Source: Candidatus Doudnabacteria bacterium (GTDB lineage Bacteria; Patescibacteriota; JABMPQ01; JAGQLO01). From it: DNA of 64,000 nt. Position numbers and translations under genes: made by a program. Where the stretch lies: the NCBI GenBank assembly GCA_020429185.1, contig JAGQLO010000001.1:1723-65722 (forward strand), given 5' to 3'. Shown here in pieces: positions 1-10,112 of this stretch. Below the pieces are notes generated by a model, which did no database searches, was not told where the DNA came from, and was given only the letters and a program-made list of their open reading frames with translations. Every line of letters begins with the position of its first letter. The first letter of the stretch is position 1.

Positions 1-195
1 GACCTTCACCTCCTCTTGAGGTTTAAGATCAACTGAGAAAAAATGGTCGAGAAGACGAGACATGTAATGAAGACACTCCTATGAAGAAAAAGACGAAGCG
101 AATTGTTGGAACCATTTTTGTGGCATTGATGTCACTTGCAATGGTTGGATGGTTAATCCTCCCTGCTCTCCTAACGCTGTAGAGGCTGACATGCC

Positions 196-1266
196 CTAGC
201 CCATTCCAACGAGACCAACAACCAGCCCAAGAGCAGCCGAAATAGTGGCGATGATCCAAAAACGCATCGTCACTTTTGTTTCTGGCCAACCGATCGCCTC
301 AAAATGATGATGGATGGGCGTAGAATGAAAGATCTTTTTTCCAGTCATTTTCTTATACGGAATCTGAATCAATACAGAGGCAGATTCGATGACAAGTGGA
401 AATGCAATGATTGGCAACACAAGAATCGTATTCGTCAGCATCGCCAAGATTCCAAGCGTGACACCAAGTGACATCGACCCCGTATCTCCCATAAAGAATC
501 GGGCTGGGAAAATGTTAAACCACAAGAAGGACAACAACCCTCCAATAATTGCTGCACAGAAGATCGCAAGTGCCACCTTCCCTTGAGCATAGGAAATGAC
601 TCCATACGCACCAAAACAGGCTAACAAGATCCCCCCAGCGAGCCCATCCAAACCATCTGCTTCATTCGCAGAAAACGACGCCGCCACGATCACAAAGATG
701 AACAACGGAATTGCCCACCACCCAATACTAAAGTCTCCCACTCCTGGAACATGCAGCACGTCCCAATCGAGCTTGAAGTAAAACCAAAGAGCGGCCACAA
801 CAGCAACGATCAAGTACAAAAACAAACGATGCTTCATTCGAAGACCGCCCCCCTTTGGACCAATCTTGAAGATGTTCATCACATCATCCACGATTCCAAG
901 CGCAGCAGCGAACAACATAGCCGCAATTGGAAGATACGTTTCCGCACGTGACAAAAAGTTCATGCGCTGCAACATCTCGACATCAGGAAACAACGTTGCC
1001 AACAACCAGAACAACCCCGTAAGCAACGCCGTCGTCAACCAAATGAGAATGCCTCCCATAGTTGGAGTTCCTTGCTTCTTCTGATGCATTTCTGTGAAGA
1101 CTGGGGCGCCAGACGTGCGGATATTCTTTCCAAGTTTGTACTTGTACAGGAAATGCGTCATGACAGGCGTCAACAAGACAGAGATACCAAACGCAAGTGC
1201 CATCATGATTACAATGACGGAGATGTCGAGTACGAGATTAAGGTCTTGGATGTTATCGAAGATCAT
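196..1266 (-). CDS. mraY: Phospho-N-acetylmuramoyl-pentapeptide transferase MraY. The ORF track extends to 1314. The internal Met at 1266 avoids overlap with the upstream gene.
   Basis: Polytopic membrane protein with the MraY motifs NEADGLDGLAGG and HHHFE. Confidence 0.85.
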   Translation of the reverse strand: MIFDNIQDLNLVLDISVIVIMMALAFGISVLLTPVMTHFLYKYKLGKNIRTSGAPVFTEMHQKKQGTPTMGGILIWLTTALLTGLFWLLATLFPDVEMLQRMNFLSRAETYLPIAAMLFAAALGIVDDVMNIFKIGPKGGGLRMKHRLFLYLIVAVVAALWFYFKLDWDVLHVPGVGDFSIGWWAIPLFIFVIVAASFSANEADGLDGLAGGILLACFGAYGVISYAQGKVALAIFCAAIIGGLLSFLWFNIFPARFFMGDTGSMSLGVTLGILAMLTNTILVLPIIAFPLVIESASVLIQIPYKKMTGKKIFHSTPIHHHFEAIGWPETKVTMRFWIIATISAALGLVVGLVGMG

Positions 1267-1274
1267 AGACTGTT

Positions 1275-2237
1275 CTAAAACGATTCTTTCCAGGAATAGG
1301 CACTGTGCGACCACGTCACGAGTGCTTTTATATCTTGAAACCGTGCATCCGAGGTTTCACTTCCAAAGACAACAGAAATGAGTTCATTTCCGTCGTCGTC
1401 TGATGACAAGACCACCATGCAGTATCCCGCATCATCTGTGAAGCCTGTCTTGCCCCCAATCACACGAGGATAAGCACTCTTGAGCAACTCATTTGTTGAG
1501 ACGACTGTTCGCACATCCTCTGCATTCTGAACCTGTGCTGAGTATCCAGATGTTTCGATCGCCTCTAAGAATGCTGGCTCGTCGAGCGCAACATCAAACA
1601 ATCGAGCAATATCAACAACCGAAGTCTGATGTCCGTCCTGATCGAGGCCCGTAGGATTCTTGTATGCAGTATGAACCATGCCGAGATCCGATGCCGTTTC
1701 GTTCATACGCGCAACAAACGCGTCAACACTCCCCGCTGTTGAAACGGCAAGTTGCACCGCCGCATCGTTCCCAGAAGCAACAAGTGCGCCCGTAAGCACA
1801 TCACCAAAACGAAGTTCATCCCCTTCCTGCAACTGCATCGATGCACCCGGCATCGCAGCTGCCTGAGAACTAACAACAATCGTGTCATCTAGATTGACAC
1901 CGCTTTGCAGTGCCACAAGGGCTGTCATCACCTTTGTAATACTTGCAGGCGCCCGAACAACCTCTGGCGATTTTTCAAACAACACTTCCCCACTACGACG
2001 ATCTACAACTAACGCCGACTGTGCGGTTATAACAGGCCCAAGACTTTCAGATACCTTTGTAGGAGCAAAGAACGAGCGCTCCTCCTCGACAAACCCAGAG
2101 CCACCACCCTCAATAGAATCTGTTGACTCCCTCACGAGAAGCACATCACTGACTTGAGGCTCAAGAGAAGCCTGAAGATCCGCCTCGATCGAGGCGGCAA
2201 ATGTCAGAACAGTGGCGAGTAAGAGTTCAGCGAGCAT
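1275..2237 (-). CDS. D-alanyl-D-alanine carboxypeptidase (S11 / PBP5-like)
   Basis: SxxK (SITK) and SGN motifs of serine DD-peptidases; N-terminal signal-like segment. Confidence 0.75.
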   Translation of the reverse strand: MLAELLLATVLTFAASIEADLQASLEPQVSDVLLVRESTDSIEGGGSGFVEEERSFFAPTKVSESLGPVITAQSALVVDRRSGEVLFEKSPEVVRAPASITKVMTALVALQSGVNLDDTIVVSSQAAAMPGASMQLQEGDELRFGDVLTGALVASGNDAAVQLAVSTAGSVDAFVARMNETASDLGMVHTAYKNPTGLDQDGHQTSVVDIARLFDVALDEPAFLEAIETSGYSAQVQNAEDVRTVVSTNELLKSAYPRVIGGKTGFTDDAGYCMVVLSSDDDGNELISVVFGSETSDARFQDIKALVTWSHSAYSWKESF

Positions 2238-3030
2238 CCTTTGTCGTAAGCGAGCTAATACGTTTCCAATTTCGAATAATGAGAACTACGGCCACGATCA
2301 CGAATACAAGTGACACGTATTGAGAAATCGTAAGACCAGCATAGCGAGGGTCTGCATACGCGCCATCAACAGCACGCGTAAAGTCGAGCACGAACCGACC
2401 AACGCCATACCCGAGCAGATAGATCCATGCCACTGCGCCTTGAATCTTGTGAAACAATGGTTTCTTTCGAGCCCAGAGCATCAGCAGAAGTAGGACAAAG
2501 TTCAGTACAACGAGATACTGCGCAACAGGATGCCGCACAACGCCATCCGGCCACTCAATACCCCACGGAACGTCGGTTGCAGATCCCGGATGATCATTGA
2601 TCAAACAACAACCACAACGACCAACGGTGAGCCCTAGCGCAAGCGCAGGAGCCAGAAGGTCGGCCAAACGCCAAAAGCTGATAGTTAAGCGTTTTCGCAC
2701 AAATAGGATACCAACCGGCAGCGCTCCCAGCAAACCACCCAAAAAGACCAGTCCTCCGTCCCAAACATAGAAAACTTCGATAGGATTCGAGGAGTATTGT
2801 GACCAAAACAGCAATACGTACGCCAACCGGGCACCAACCATCGACGCCACAAAAATCCAGAAAAAAAGTGATGAAACGTCTTTTTCATCCAATTTTTCCT
2901 CCTTTCCCAACTTCAAGAGCAACAACGATCCAGCAATAAATCCAAGAGCTACAAGAAGTCCCCATACGTAAATCGTGACAGGCCCAAGCGAAATCGTTGT
3001 AAATTCAACGTACGGAAACATACAAATCAA
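2227..3030 (-). CDS. lgt: Prolipoprotein diacylglyceryl transferase
   Basis: Lgt-like multi-TM protein with a G-rich signature (WDGGLVFLGGLLGA). Confidence 0.8.
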   Translation of the reverse strand: MICMFPYVEFTTISLGPVTIYVWGLLVALGFIAGSLLLLKLGKEEKLDEKDVSSLFFWIFVASMVGARLAYVLLFWSQYSSNPIEVFYVWDGGLVFLGGLLGALPVGILFVRKRLTISFWRLADLLAPALALGLTVGRCGCCLINDHPGSATDVPWGIEWPDGVVRHPVAQYLVVLNFVLLLLMLWARKKPLFHKIQGAVAWIYLLGYGVGRFVLDFTRAVDGAYADPRYAGLTISQYVSLVFVIVAVVLIIRNWKRISSLTTKDAR

Positions 3031-4598
3031 AATCCACCATCTTGTAAAAACTTCACAAACATACGCAACGTCAACACGTGCAACGGGGCATTATCGTCGG
3101 TAAACACACGAACATCCGGATCGTACGAAACAAGCTGTGCCGTAGTCACAACACGAGAAAGCTCTTGAAGTTCTGCAGGAACAGAGTCAACGTAACGAGT
3201 TCCCTCATAGGGATCAAACGATCCATCCGTCGCAATGAGCATTTTATTGTGAAAGCCCGGAACTTGACCGACATACGTACGATCAAACACGCTCGCGAGC
3301 GTGTTTTGCATTCCAAGCGCCAACTCTGAATCAGAAGCGAGCGTCACAACATTCATAGCAACAACACCTTCAGGTTCCAAATGAGCCCGCGCCTCCTCAA
3401 AAAATTCTTGCGTCGCAAGCTCTGGGGGCGCAGTCGTCTCGTTCTGAAATGCGTCGACATAGATAAAGTCGTACAGCGTATCTACATCCTGCAGAAACGA
3501 ACGCCCGTCGGAGACATGTACCTCTAACGATTCAATGTCGTCCAACGCAAAGTGTGTTCGAGCCAAACGAACCATTTCTGGGTCAATTTCAACCCCATCG
3601 ATATGCAGCCTTATCGAAGGATCAAGTGCTGCCTCCAACGCACGCGGTCCAGAACCACCCGCAAGTCCAAGTGACAACACGCGAATGTGCTTATCTTCTG
3701 GCGGATCTTGCAATAGCGGAACCAAGGCAAAGATATCTGTGTAATCTCCCGCATAAGGAGTGGAAGGATCCCATGACGACTGCACCCCAAGACCTTCGTT
3801 CACGCGCAATTGTCTGACTCCTTCTTCCGTTTCCACGACAGCAATGTACTGCAAGAACGACTCCGTCTCATCGATCACACCTTCGCGTGCCAATACAGGC
3901 GAAAGAGAAGGTGTTGCAAACAGCACGACCAGCAATACAGCGACAACGCTTGCAGCTCGCTTTCCCCACGTTTGAATCAAGCCAGGGACAACAAGCAGAA
4001 GCAACACAACGCCAAGCGAGACAAATAGTAACCGAGTTCCAAGCAGCGGCAGCAACACGAGAGGACCCACGAACACACCGATTAAGCTTCCAATCGTAGA
4101 AATGGTATAGACCCGTCCAGCTGTTTGCCCCACATGATTCTCAGCTTCCGATCGCTGAAGCATGGAAATCACATAAGGCGAGGTCATGCTCAACAACACC
4201 ATCGGCAAGGCAAGTGAAAGCATCATCACGACAAAGGTAGCAATCAGGCGACCAGCGCTCACACTCCCCGTCAAGGCTCCAAACAAGGTGGCAGTTGGGA
4301 AAAGCCACGCAGCCAAAAATGGTACGAATGCAATCAGAATTGCACCGACCAACAACCACAGTAACAACGGCCTCATCGACTCAGATCGATCTGCCAAACG
4401 ACCGCCTATTGAGTACCCAACAGCAAGCGCTGCAAGAACAACTCCAATGACAGACGTCCAAACCAACAACGAGGTTCCAAAGGCAGGGGCCAGCAGCGGC
4501 GTCGCAGAAAGTTCTGCAGCTGTGATAATCACCCCATCTGTAAAGGCGAGCGCATACGCATACCAAGGACGCACAGAACGTTGAATGCTCTTATTCAT
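3027..4598 (-). CDS. Fused membrane domain / spermidine synthase-like aminopropyltransferase (COG4262-like)
   Basis: N-terminal multi-TM region followed by a class I methyltransferase/spermidine-synthase-like fold (LSLGLAGGSG ... FIYVDAF). Confidence 0.65.
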   Translation of the reverse strand: MNKSIQRSVRPWYAYALAFTDGVIITAAELSATPLLAPAFGTSLLVWTSVIGVVLAALAVGYSIGGRLADRSESMRPLLLWLLVGAILIAFVPFLAAWLFPTATLFGALTGSVSAGRLIATFVVMMLSLALPMVLLSMTSPYVISMLQRSEAENHVGQTAGRVYTISTIGSLIGVFVGPLVLLPLLGTRLLFVSLGVVLLLLVVPGLIQTWGKRAASVVAVLLVVLFATPSLSPVLAREGVIDETESFLQYIAVVETEEGVRQLRVNEGLGVQSSWDPSTPYAGDYTDIFALVPLLQDPPEDKHIRVLSLGLAGGSGPRALEAALDPSIRLHIDGVEIDPEMVRLARTHFALDDIESLEVHVSDGRSFLQDVDTLYDFIYVDAFQNETTAPPELATQEFFEEARAHLEPEGVVAMNVVTLASDSELALGMQNTLASVFDRTYVGQVPGFHNKMLIATDGSFDPYEGTRYVDSVPAELQELSRVVTTAQLVSYDPDVRVFTDDNAPLHVLTLRMFVKFLQDGGF

Positions 4599-4660
4599 AA
4601 GAAAAGTCTATCAAATTTTCCGCGATCCAAATACGAACCACATCGCCCACCAAAACAGAT

Positions 4661-5629
4661 CTAGTGAGAACGCACTGGCGAAACCGGATCCTTTCCTTCA
4701 AGCACCTCGACAATATTCTGCGCGGCTAACTTCGACATCTCTGTACGCGCTTCAATCGTTGCGCTCGCAATATGCGGGGTAAGCACAACATTTTCCAAGT
4801 CAGTCAGTCCTGGAGCAAGCTGAGGCTCATGTTCAAACACATCTAGCGCCGCTCCAGCAATCTGCTTTGTTTGCAACGCCTCTACGAGTGCAGTCTCATC
4901 AATCACAGGACCACGTGCCGTGTTAATCAAAAAGGCAGTTGACTTCATCTGTTTTAGCGCTTCAGCATCAATCAGATGATGTGTTTCATCTGTGAGCGGA
5001 ACATGAATCGAAACAAAATCAGAACAGGCTAGTAACTCCTCGAGTGGAAGTTGTTTCGCTCCAAATTCTGTATCAAACTGCTCGTTTGGTTTTGTATTCG
5101 TATACTTTACTAGCATGTTGAATCCTTCGTGTGCAATTTTGGCAGTGGTGTACCCAATACGACCCGCCCCCACAATGCCAATTGTCTTTTTATGAAACTG
5201 ATTTCCGATAAACAGATTTGGCTTCCAGCCCTCATACTTTCCGGCACGGGTAAATGCATCTGCCTGCACGATCTGATTTGTGACCGCCATCATGAGCGCA
5301 ATCGCATGCTCAGCAACTGTCTGCGTCAACACGCCAGGTGTATTTGTGACGACCACATTGCGTTCAGCTGCAGCCTCTAAATCAATATTGTCGTATCCAA
5401 CTGCGTAGTTCGCGACGATCTTCAGTTGTGCGCCAGCCGTATCCAACACCTCCGCATCAATCGTCTCCGTAAGAAGTGGAAGGATAGCGTCAACTCCCCT
5501 CACACCCTCAAGAAGCGCTTCGCGCTCAATGACATCTTCTTGTGAAGCTACCGTCACGTCATGACCCGCTTCACGAAGCATCTCCAGTCCTTCGACTGGG
5601 ATCTCATGTGTTACAAACACCTTTGCCAT
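4661..5629 (-). CDS. D-isomer-specific 2-hydroxyacid dehydrogenase (glycerate/hydroxypyruvate reductase-like). Start set at MAKVFVTHE.
   Basis: NAD-binding GIVGAGRIG and the catalytic region typical of the 2-HADH family. The upstream extension to 5761 looks non-coding. Confidence 0.8.
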   Translation of the reverse strand: MAKVFVTHEIPVEGLEMLREAGHDVTVASQEDVIEREALLEGVRGVDAILPLLTETIDAEVLDTAGAQLKIVANYAVGYDNIDLEAAAERNVVVTNTPGVLTQTVAEHAIALMMAVTNQIVQADAFTRAGKYEGWKPNLFIGNQFHKKTIGIVGAGRIGYTTAKIAHEGFNMLVKYTNTKPNEQFDTEFGAKQLPLEELLACSDFVSIHVPLTDETHHLIDAEALKQMKSTAFLINTARGPVIDETALVEALQTKQIAGAALDVFEHEPQLAPGLTDLENVVLTPHIASATIEARTEMSKLAAQNIVEVLEGKDPVSPVRSH

Positions 5630-5631
5630 AC

Positions 5632-6621
5632 CTAGAATGTTACTTCTTCTGGTCGAAACTCGGGCTCTGCCGCGTGCCACGTTTCCATTTGTTCCTTGGT
5701 CAACAAACCTGCGTGTGGACCAACGTACTGCACCACAGACGCCCCGTTGAGCGACCCCCACGTAAGCGCATCAGCAAACGACTTCCCATGATAAAGCGCG
5801 GAGATAAAGGCAGTTCCATACGAATCACCCGCGCCCGTTCGCTCCACGGGCGGTAATGGATGTGCGTCTTGATGAAACATTTTCTCGCCATCATACGCCC
5901 AAGAACCATTCATTCCATCAGTCACAACAGCTACACCACGAACGGTTTCTTTTAGTTTCTTACAAAGTTCTGGAACGTCTAGCGGCTGATTATTGTTCAC
6001 AAGTAACTGCGCCTCTTCCTTGTTTACAAAAAACGCATCTGTCAGTGCAATCAAAGGCTTAAGAGTGTCAAAGCCCGCTTTAAGCTGGTGAGTACCAGGA
6101 TTAAACCCAAGCTTAATGTTTGTTCCAGTTAACTTCTCCAGCAGCTGCGCGTGCATGCCCTCATGCCCCTCGCCAACAGATGTGAGATACACCCATTCTG
6201 GATCACCAATATCCGGCAAGTCATACTCTCTCTTCTCGTGATACACCAAGATCGTTCGTTCTGCGCGGAAATTGAGAATCGCCGAATAGTTCGAGCCGCG
6301 CTTCGTATCAACCTGGATAAAATTCGAACCCACACCCTCGCGATCATATGTCTTCTCGATTGCCTCCCCAACAGCATCATCCCCTACAATTGTATAGATC
6401 GCAGAGCGAAGCCCGAGACGACGTGAACCAATCGCATTGTTTGAAGCATTTCCACCGATGAGATCATCAACACTTGTCACTGGAATCTTATCTGCATAAC
6501 GCAACGTCAACATGCAGTTCTCCTTATCGATGTCACACAGGACACTCGCATCATCAATTCCAATGAAGACATCTTGAGTCGTATCTCCAATGGAGACGAT
6601 GTCAAAGTTGTGTTCAGTCAT
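5632..6621 (-). CDS. PfkB-family carbohydrate/nucleoside kinase (ribokinase-like)
   Basis: C-terminal GAGDSYGTAF PfkB signature. Confidence 0.7.
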   Translation of the reverse strand: MTEHNFDIVSIGDTTQDVFIGIDDASVLCDIDKENCMLTLRYADKIPVTSVDDLIGGNASNNAIGSRRLGLRSAIYTIVGDDAVGEAIEKTYDREGVGSNFIQVDTKRGSNYSAILNFRAERTILVYHEKREYDLPDIGDPEWVYLTSVGEGHEGMHAQLLEKLTGTNIKLGFNPGTHQLKAGFDTLKPLIALTDAFFVNKEEAQLLVNNNQPLDVPELCKKLKETVRGVAVVTDGMNGSWAYDGEKMFHQDAHPLPPVERTGAGDSYGTAFISALYHGKSFADALTWGSLNGASVVQYVGPHAGLLTKEQMETWHAAEPEFRPEEVTF

Positions 6622-6631
6622 ACCAATTCAG

Positions 6632-7624
6632 TTAGTTCTTGCGCGCAGCAACAGCTTTTGCTGCTTCTATGATATCAGCTGCCGTCATTCCGTATTTCTC
6701 TAACAGTTCCGTGGGTTCGCCTGACTCACCAAAACTATCTGGCATTCCAACGCGCTGCATGGGAGTCGGAAGATGTTCTGAAAGCACCTCAGCAACGGCA
6801 CCGCCCAACCCACCAGTCACCTGGTGTTCTTCAACCGTCACAACAGCGCCTGTCTTCTTTGCAGACGCAACAACAGATTCAACATCAAACGGCTTGATCG
6901 TATGAAGATTGATCACCTCCAGCGATAACTCGCCTTCCAGTATGTTCGCGGCAAGCAAAGCCTCGTGCACAAGCGGACCACACCCTATGACAGTCACGTC
7001 TGTCCCCTCGGTGAGAACTTGCGCCTTCCCAATCTCAAACGGAGTCTCCTCTGTTGTAAAGACCGGAGTCTTCTCTCGTGCAAATCGTAGATATACTGGA
7101 CCATCGATTGCATATGCAGCCTCAGTTGCTTGTTTCGTCTGAATGGCGTCACAGGGAGCAAGAACCGTCATTCCCGGAAGCACGCGCGTCAATGCAATAT
7201 CTTCCATAGCCTGATGTGTTGCCCCATCAGGACCTACAGAAATTCCTGTATGAGCCCCTGCAATCTTTACATTCGTATTATTGTAGGCGATCGAAATACG
7301 CACTTGGTCCCAGTTGCGTCCAGGACAAAACACTCCGTACGTTGAAATGAACGGGACTTTTCCTTCTTTCGCCATACCCGCGGCAAGTACGGCCATGTTC
7401 TGCTCCGCAATTCCAACTTGTACGAACCGCTCGGGAAACTTCTCTTTGAAATATCCTGCACGTGTAGAATCTGTAAGGTCTGCACACAGCACTACAACAT
7501 CTTCATGCTGTGCACCAAGCGAAACAACTCCCTCACCAAATCCATTCCGAGTCGGCACTTGCTCAAGCTTACTCACGTCAAACGCGTCTGCAGACAACTT
7601 TAATTGAGGATTGAGTTTCGGCAT
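6632..7624 (-). CDS. Transketolase, C-terminal subunit (split tkt)
   Basis: Similar to the transketolase pyrimidine-binding and C-terminal domains. Confidence 0.85.
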   Translation of the reverse strand: MPKLNPQLKLSADAFDVSKLEQVPTRNGFGEGVVSLGAQHEDVVVLCADLTDSTRAGYFKEKFPERFVQVGIAEQNMAVLAAGMAKEGKVPFISTYGVFCPGRNWDQVRISIAYNNTNVKIAGAHTGISVGPDGATHQAMEDIALTRVLPGMTVLAPCDAIQTKQATEAAYAIDGPVYLRFAREKTPVFTTEETPFEIGKAQVLTEGTDVTVIGCGPLVHEALLAANILEGELSLEVINLHTIKPFDVESVVASAKKTGAVVTVEEHQVTGGLGGAVAEVLSEHLPTPMQRVGMPDSFGESGEPTELLEKYGMTAADIIEAAKAVAARKN

Positions 7625-7627
7625 ACC

Positions 7628-8497
7628 TTATTCGCAATCAACACAACTAATCCGACCCTCCAGCGAACGAATCTGCGACAACGCATCTTCTGCTTCCTCT
7701 TTGTTCGGCGGTTTTCCATGCCACTCAGGCTTGTACTCAATAAAATCAACACCCTTTCCTGGAATGGTGTGCAAAATGATCGCCATCGGCTTTTCGTAGA
7801 TAGCACGCGCCTCTTCGAGTGACGCGATCACCTCACGAATATTGTGCCCGTCCACATCCTTTACATAGAAGCCAAATGCTTCCAGCTTGTCGCGGAGTGG
7901 CTCAAGTGGCATCACCTCTTCGGTATGGCCATCAATCTGAATGTTGTTACGATCAATGACGTAGCAAAAGTTAAACAAACGCTCCTTACCAGCAAACATG
8001 AGCGCTTCCCAAATTGACCCTTCGTTCATTTCACCATCACCACCAAGGCAGTACGTCATATGCGTTTTCTGGTCCATACGGGCCGCATAGGCCATTCCAA
8101 CGGCCGCACCAACCCCTTGCCCAAGTGACGCACACCCAAACTCTACGCCAGGGGGTCCTCCATCGCTATACGGATGCGGATGCCCCTGAAGGCGAGTTCC
8201 AAGTTTTCGAAGCGTCTTCAATTCTTCCAAAGGAAAATAACCAGATCGTGAAAGCGCCGCGTACAAAATTGGCGCCAAATGCCCCGCAGACAACACAAAC
8301 CGATCGCGTCCATCCCACTCTGGATCGTTTGGCTTGTGTCGTCGCTGCGAAAAGAAGAATGCCGCAAAAAAGTCAGCCAACCCAAGTGGCCCAGCAGAAT
8401 GACCAGACCCAGCTTCAACAAGCATCTGAACGACGTCCTCACGAAGTTCCTTCGCAATCTCCTGAAGTTCTTCGAGTGAACGAGGCTCTGTCGCCAT
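7628..8497 (-). CDS. Transketolase, N-terminal TPP-binding subunit (split tkt)
   Basis: GDGEMNEG TPP-binding motif; adjacent to the C-terminal subunit. Confidence 0.85.
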   Translation of the reverse strand: MATEPRSLEELQEIAKELREDVVQMLVEAGSGHSAGPLGLADFFAAFFFSQRRHKPNDPEWDGRDRFVLSAGHLAPILYAALSRSGYFPLEELKTLRKLGTRLQGHPHPYSDGGPPGVEFGCASLGQGVGAAVGMAYAARMDQKTHMTYCLGGDGEMNEGSIWEALMFAGKERLFNFCYVIDRNNIQIDGHTEEVMPLEPLRDKLEAFGFYVKDVDGHNIREVIASLEEARAIYEKPMAIILHTIPGKGVDFIEYKPEWHGKPPNKEEAEDALSQIRSLEGRISCVDCE

Positions 8498-8498
8498 A

Positions 8499-8720
8499 CT
8501 ATTCAGACGAAGGATTCTTCGCTGCGTTTGCCTCTAAGGCATCTGTTAAGAGTCCAATTTGTCGGCGAGACTCGTTTCGGATCTGTTCAAGAAGCTCTTT
8601 TTCAACACAAATGTGAGAAATATCCTGTGTTGCATGATCAGCCACCTTCTCTATATCAAGAAGTTTCTCTTGAAGAAGATACAGAACAGCATCGTTACAG
8701 TGATGTGCTTCGTTAGTCAT
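8499..8720 (-). CDS. Small hypothetical protein (about 74 aa) in the tkt-rpe gap
   Basis: Uninterrupted frame filling the 215-bp gap. Start placed at the internal Met to avoid overlap with rpe. No recognisable motif. Confidence 0.25.
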   Translation of the reverse strand: MTNEAHHCNDAVLYLLQEKLLDIEKVADHATQDISHICVEKELLEQIRNESRRQIGLLTDALEANAAKNPSSE

Positions 8721-9375
8721 GTGGAATTGCATTAACAAGTAATGACAGCGAGTCAGCTGGATGCGCTTCATCAAAGAAGCTTCCAACGGCAAACCGAGTT
8801 GCCCCAGCCTGCACCAACTGCGGAAGTGTTTCCGGGCTTACCCCACCATCTACAGCGATGAGTATATCAGGATGTCGTTGTTTGAGCGACGCAACACGAT
8901 CCACTGTTTCTGGAAGAAAGGACTGACCAGACGCACCAGGATGCACACCCATGAGCTGAATCATATCGACATCAGGGGCAATCTCATCCACGACAGCCAA
9001 TGATGTCTCGGGATTCAACACGACACCAACTTCCGCGCTCCCCACGAACGACTTTGCCTGCCTAAGCGCAAGCGAGAGGTCATCAACTACTTCAGCATGA
9101 AACTGCACGCGTGCAGCGCCCGCCTGTATCCAAGCCTCTAGCTCTGGAAGTGGATTCTGCACCATGAGGTCAACCTCAAACGGCACATCGAGCTGCTGAT
9201 CTGCAACATACGCTGCCGTTGGATACGTTGGCAGTGCATCCACAAACAACCCATCAATCACATCAATGGAGAGCATTGGAACAGATTCATGACGAACAAG
9301 GGGACGTACCGCTCGCACGCGCCGTTGAAATGCTTCGTCAGACTGCACAAGAACGGTAGGAAGGAACTCAATCAT
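8713..9375 (-). CDS. rpe: Ribulose-phosphate 3-epimerase
   Basis: Typical Rpe TIM-barrel motifs (DVIDG, MVQNP, MGVHPG, IAVDGGV). Confidence 0.85.
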   Translation of the reverse strand: MIEFLPTVLVQSDEAFQRRVRAVRPLVRHESVPMLSIDVIDGLFVDALPTYPTAAYVADQQLDVPFEVDLMVQNPLPELEAWIQAGAARVQFHAEVVDDLSLALRQAKSFVGSAEVGVVLNPETSLAVVDEIAPDVDMIQLMGVHPGASGQSFLPETVDRVASLKQRHPDILIAVDGGVSPETLPQLVQAGATRFAVGSFFDEAHPADSLSLLVNAIPHD

Positions 9376-9836
9376 GGTCGTTGCTGATCTAACTTCTGTA
9401 CTTTTGCGCGACGTCGACGAAACCGTTTCGCCTCAGAAAAAGAAGACTGCAAAAACGTACGTACAATGCGCTTCGTTTGCTCAAACGTCATTCGATCAGC
9501 GGCCAAACAGATCACATTCATATCATCATCGTTACGACCTGCTTGCGCTGTCCATGCATCTGGAACAAGTGAAGCTCGAACACCTCGAATCTTATTCGCC
9601 GCAATCGTGGCTCCCACACCAGATCCGCACAACACTATCCCAAGTGAGCCAGGATCTTCTCGCACCGCCATCCCAACCTTCTGAGAGATATCAGGATAAT
9701 CATCGTCTAATACAAGCTCTTCAGCACCAAGATCAATAATCTCGAGGCCCTTTCGGCCCTCGAGATACGCAACCAATCGGTTTTTTAACCGAAATCCACG
9801 ATGATCCGCTCCAAGATACACCGTCACACGCAACAA
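9372..9836 (-). CDS. rpiB: Ribose-5-phosphate isomerase B
   Basis: RpiB/LacAB signature CGSGVGATIAANK. Confidence 0.85.
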   Translation of the reverse strand: MLRVTVYLGADHRGFRLKNRLVAYLEGRKGLEIIDLGAEELVLDDDYPDISQKVGMAVREDPGSLGIVLCGSGVGATIAANKIRGVRASLVPDAWTAQAGRNDDDMNVICLAADRMTFEQTKRIVRTFLQSSFSEAKRFRRRRAKVQKLDQQRP

Positions 9837-9839
9837 ACG

Positions 9840-10091
9840 TTACGCATTAAGACCAAGCAATTCGGAAACCTTTTCTCGATCAAACCCAACAACGATTTCC
9901 CCATCTATATCAGAAACGGGAACACCGAGCTGACCTGACTTTTGCACCATTTCGTCTCGTGCTGCGGCATCAGTCGCAACATCCTTATCCTCAAAGGAAA
10001 CATTGTTCTCCTTCAAGTACTCCTTCAACTGATGGCAGTACGGACAGGTTGGTGTTGAATACACGGTTACGCTTTTCATACGTCGTACCAA
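9840..10091 (-). CDS. Glutaredoxin-like protein (thioredoxin fold)
   Basis: CPYC active site in an about-80-aa thioredoxin-fold protein. Confidence 0.7.
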   Translation of the reverse strand: MVRRMKSVTVYSTPTCPYCHQLKEYLKENNVSFEDKDVATDAAARDEMVQKSGQLGVPVSDIDGEIVVGFDREKVSELLGLNA

Positions 10092-10112
10092 TTTAGTAAT
10101 CCTAGAATACCA

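Noticed and set aside
29-289. 86-aa minus-strand ORF overlapping the 3' end of mraY
   Set aside because: It overlaps a confidently called gene in another frame. Its composition is W/C/R-rich and low-complexity, typical of a shadow ORF.
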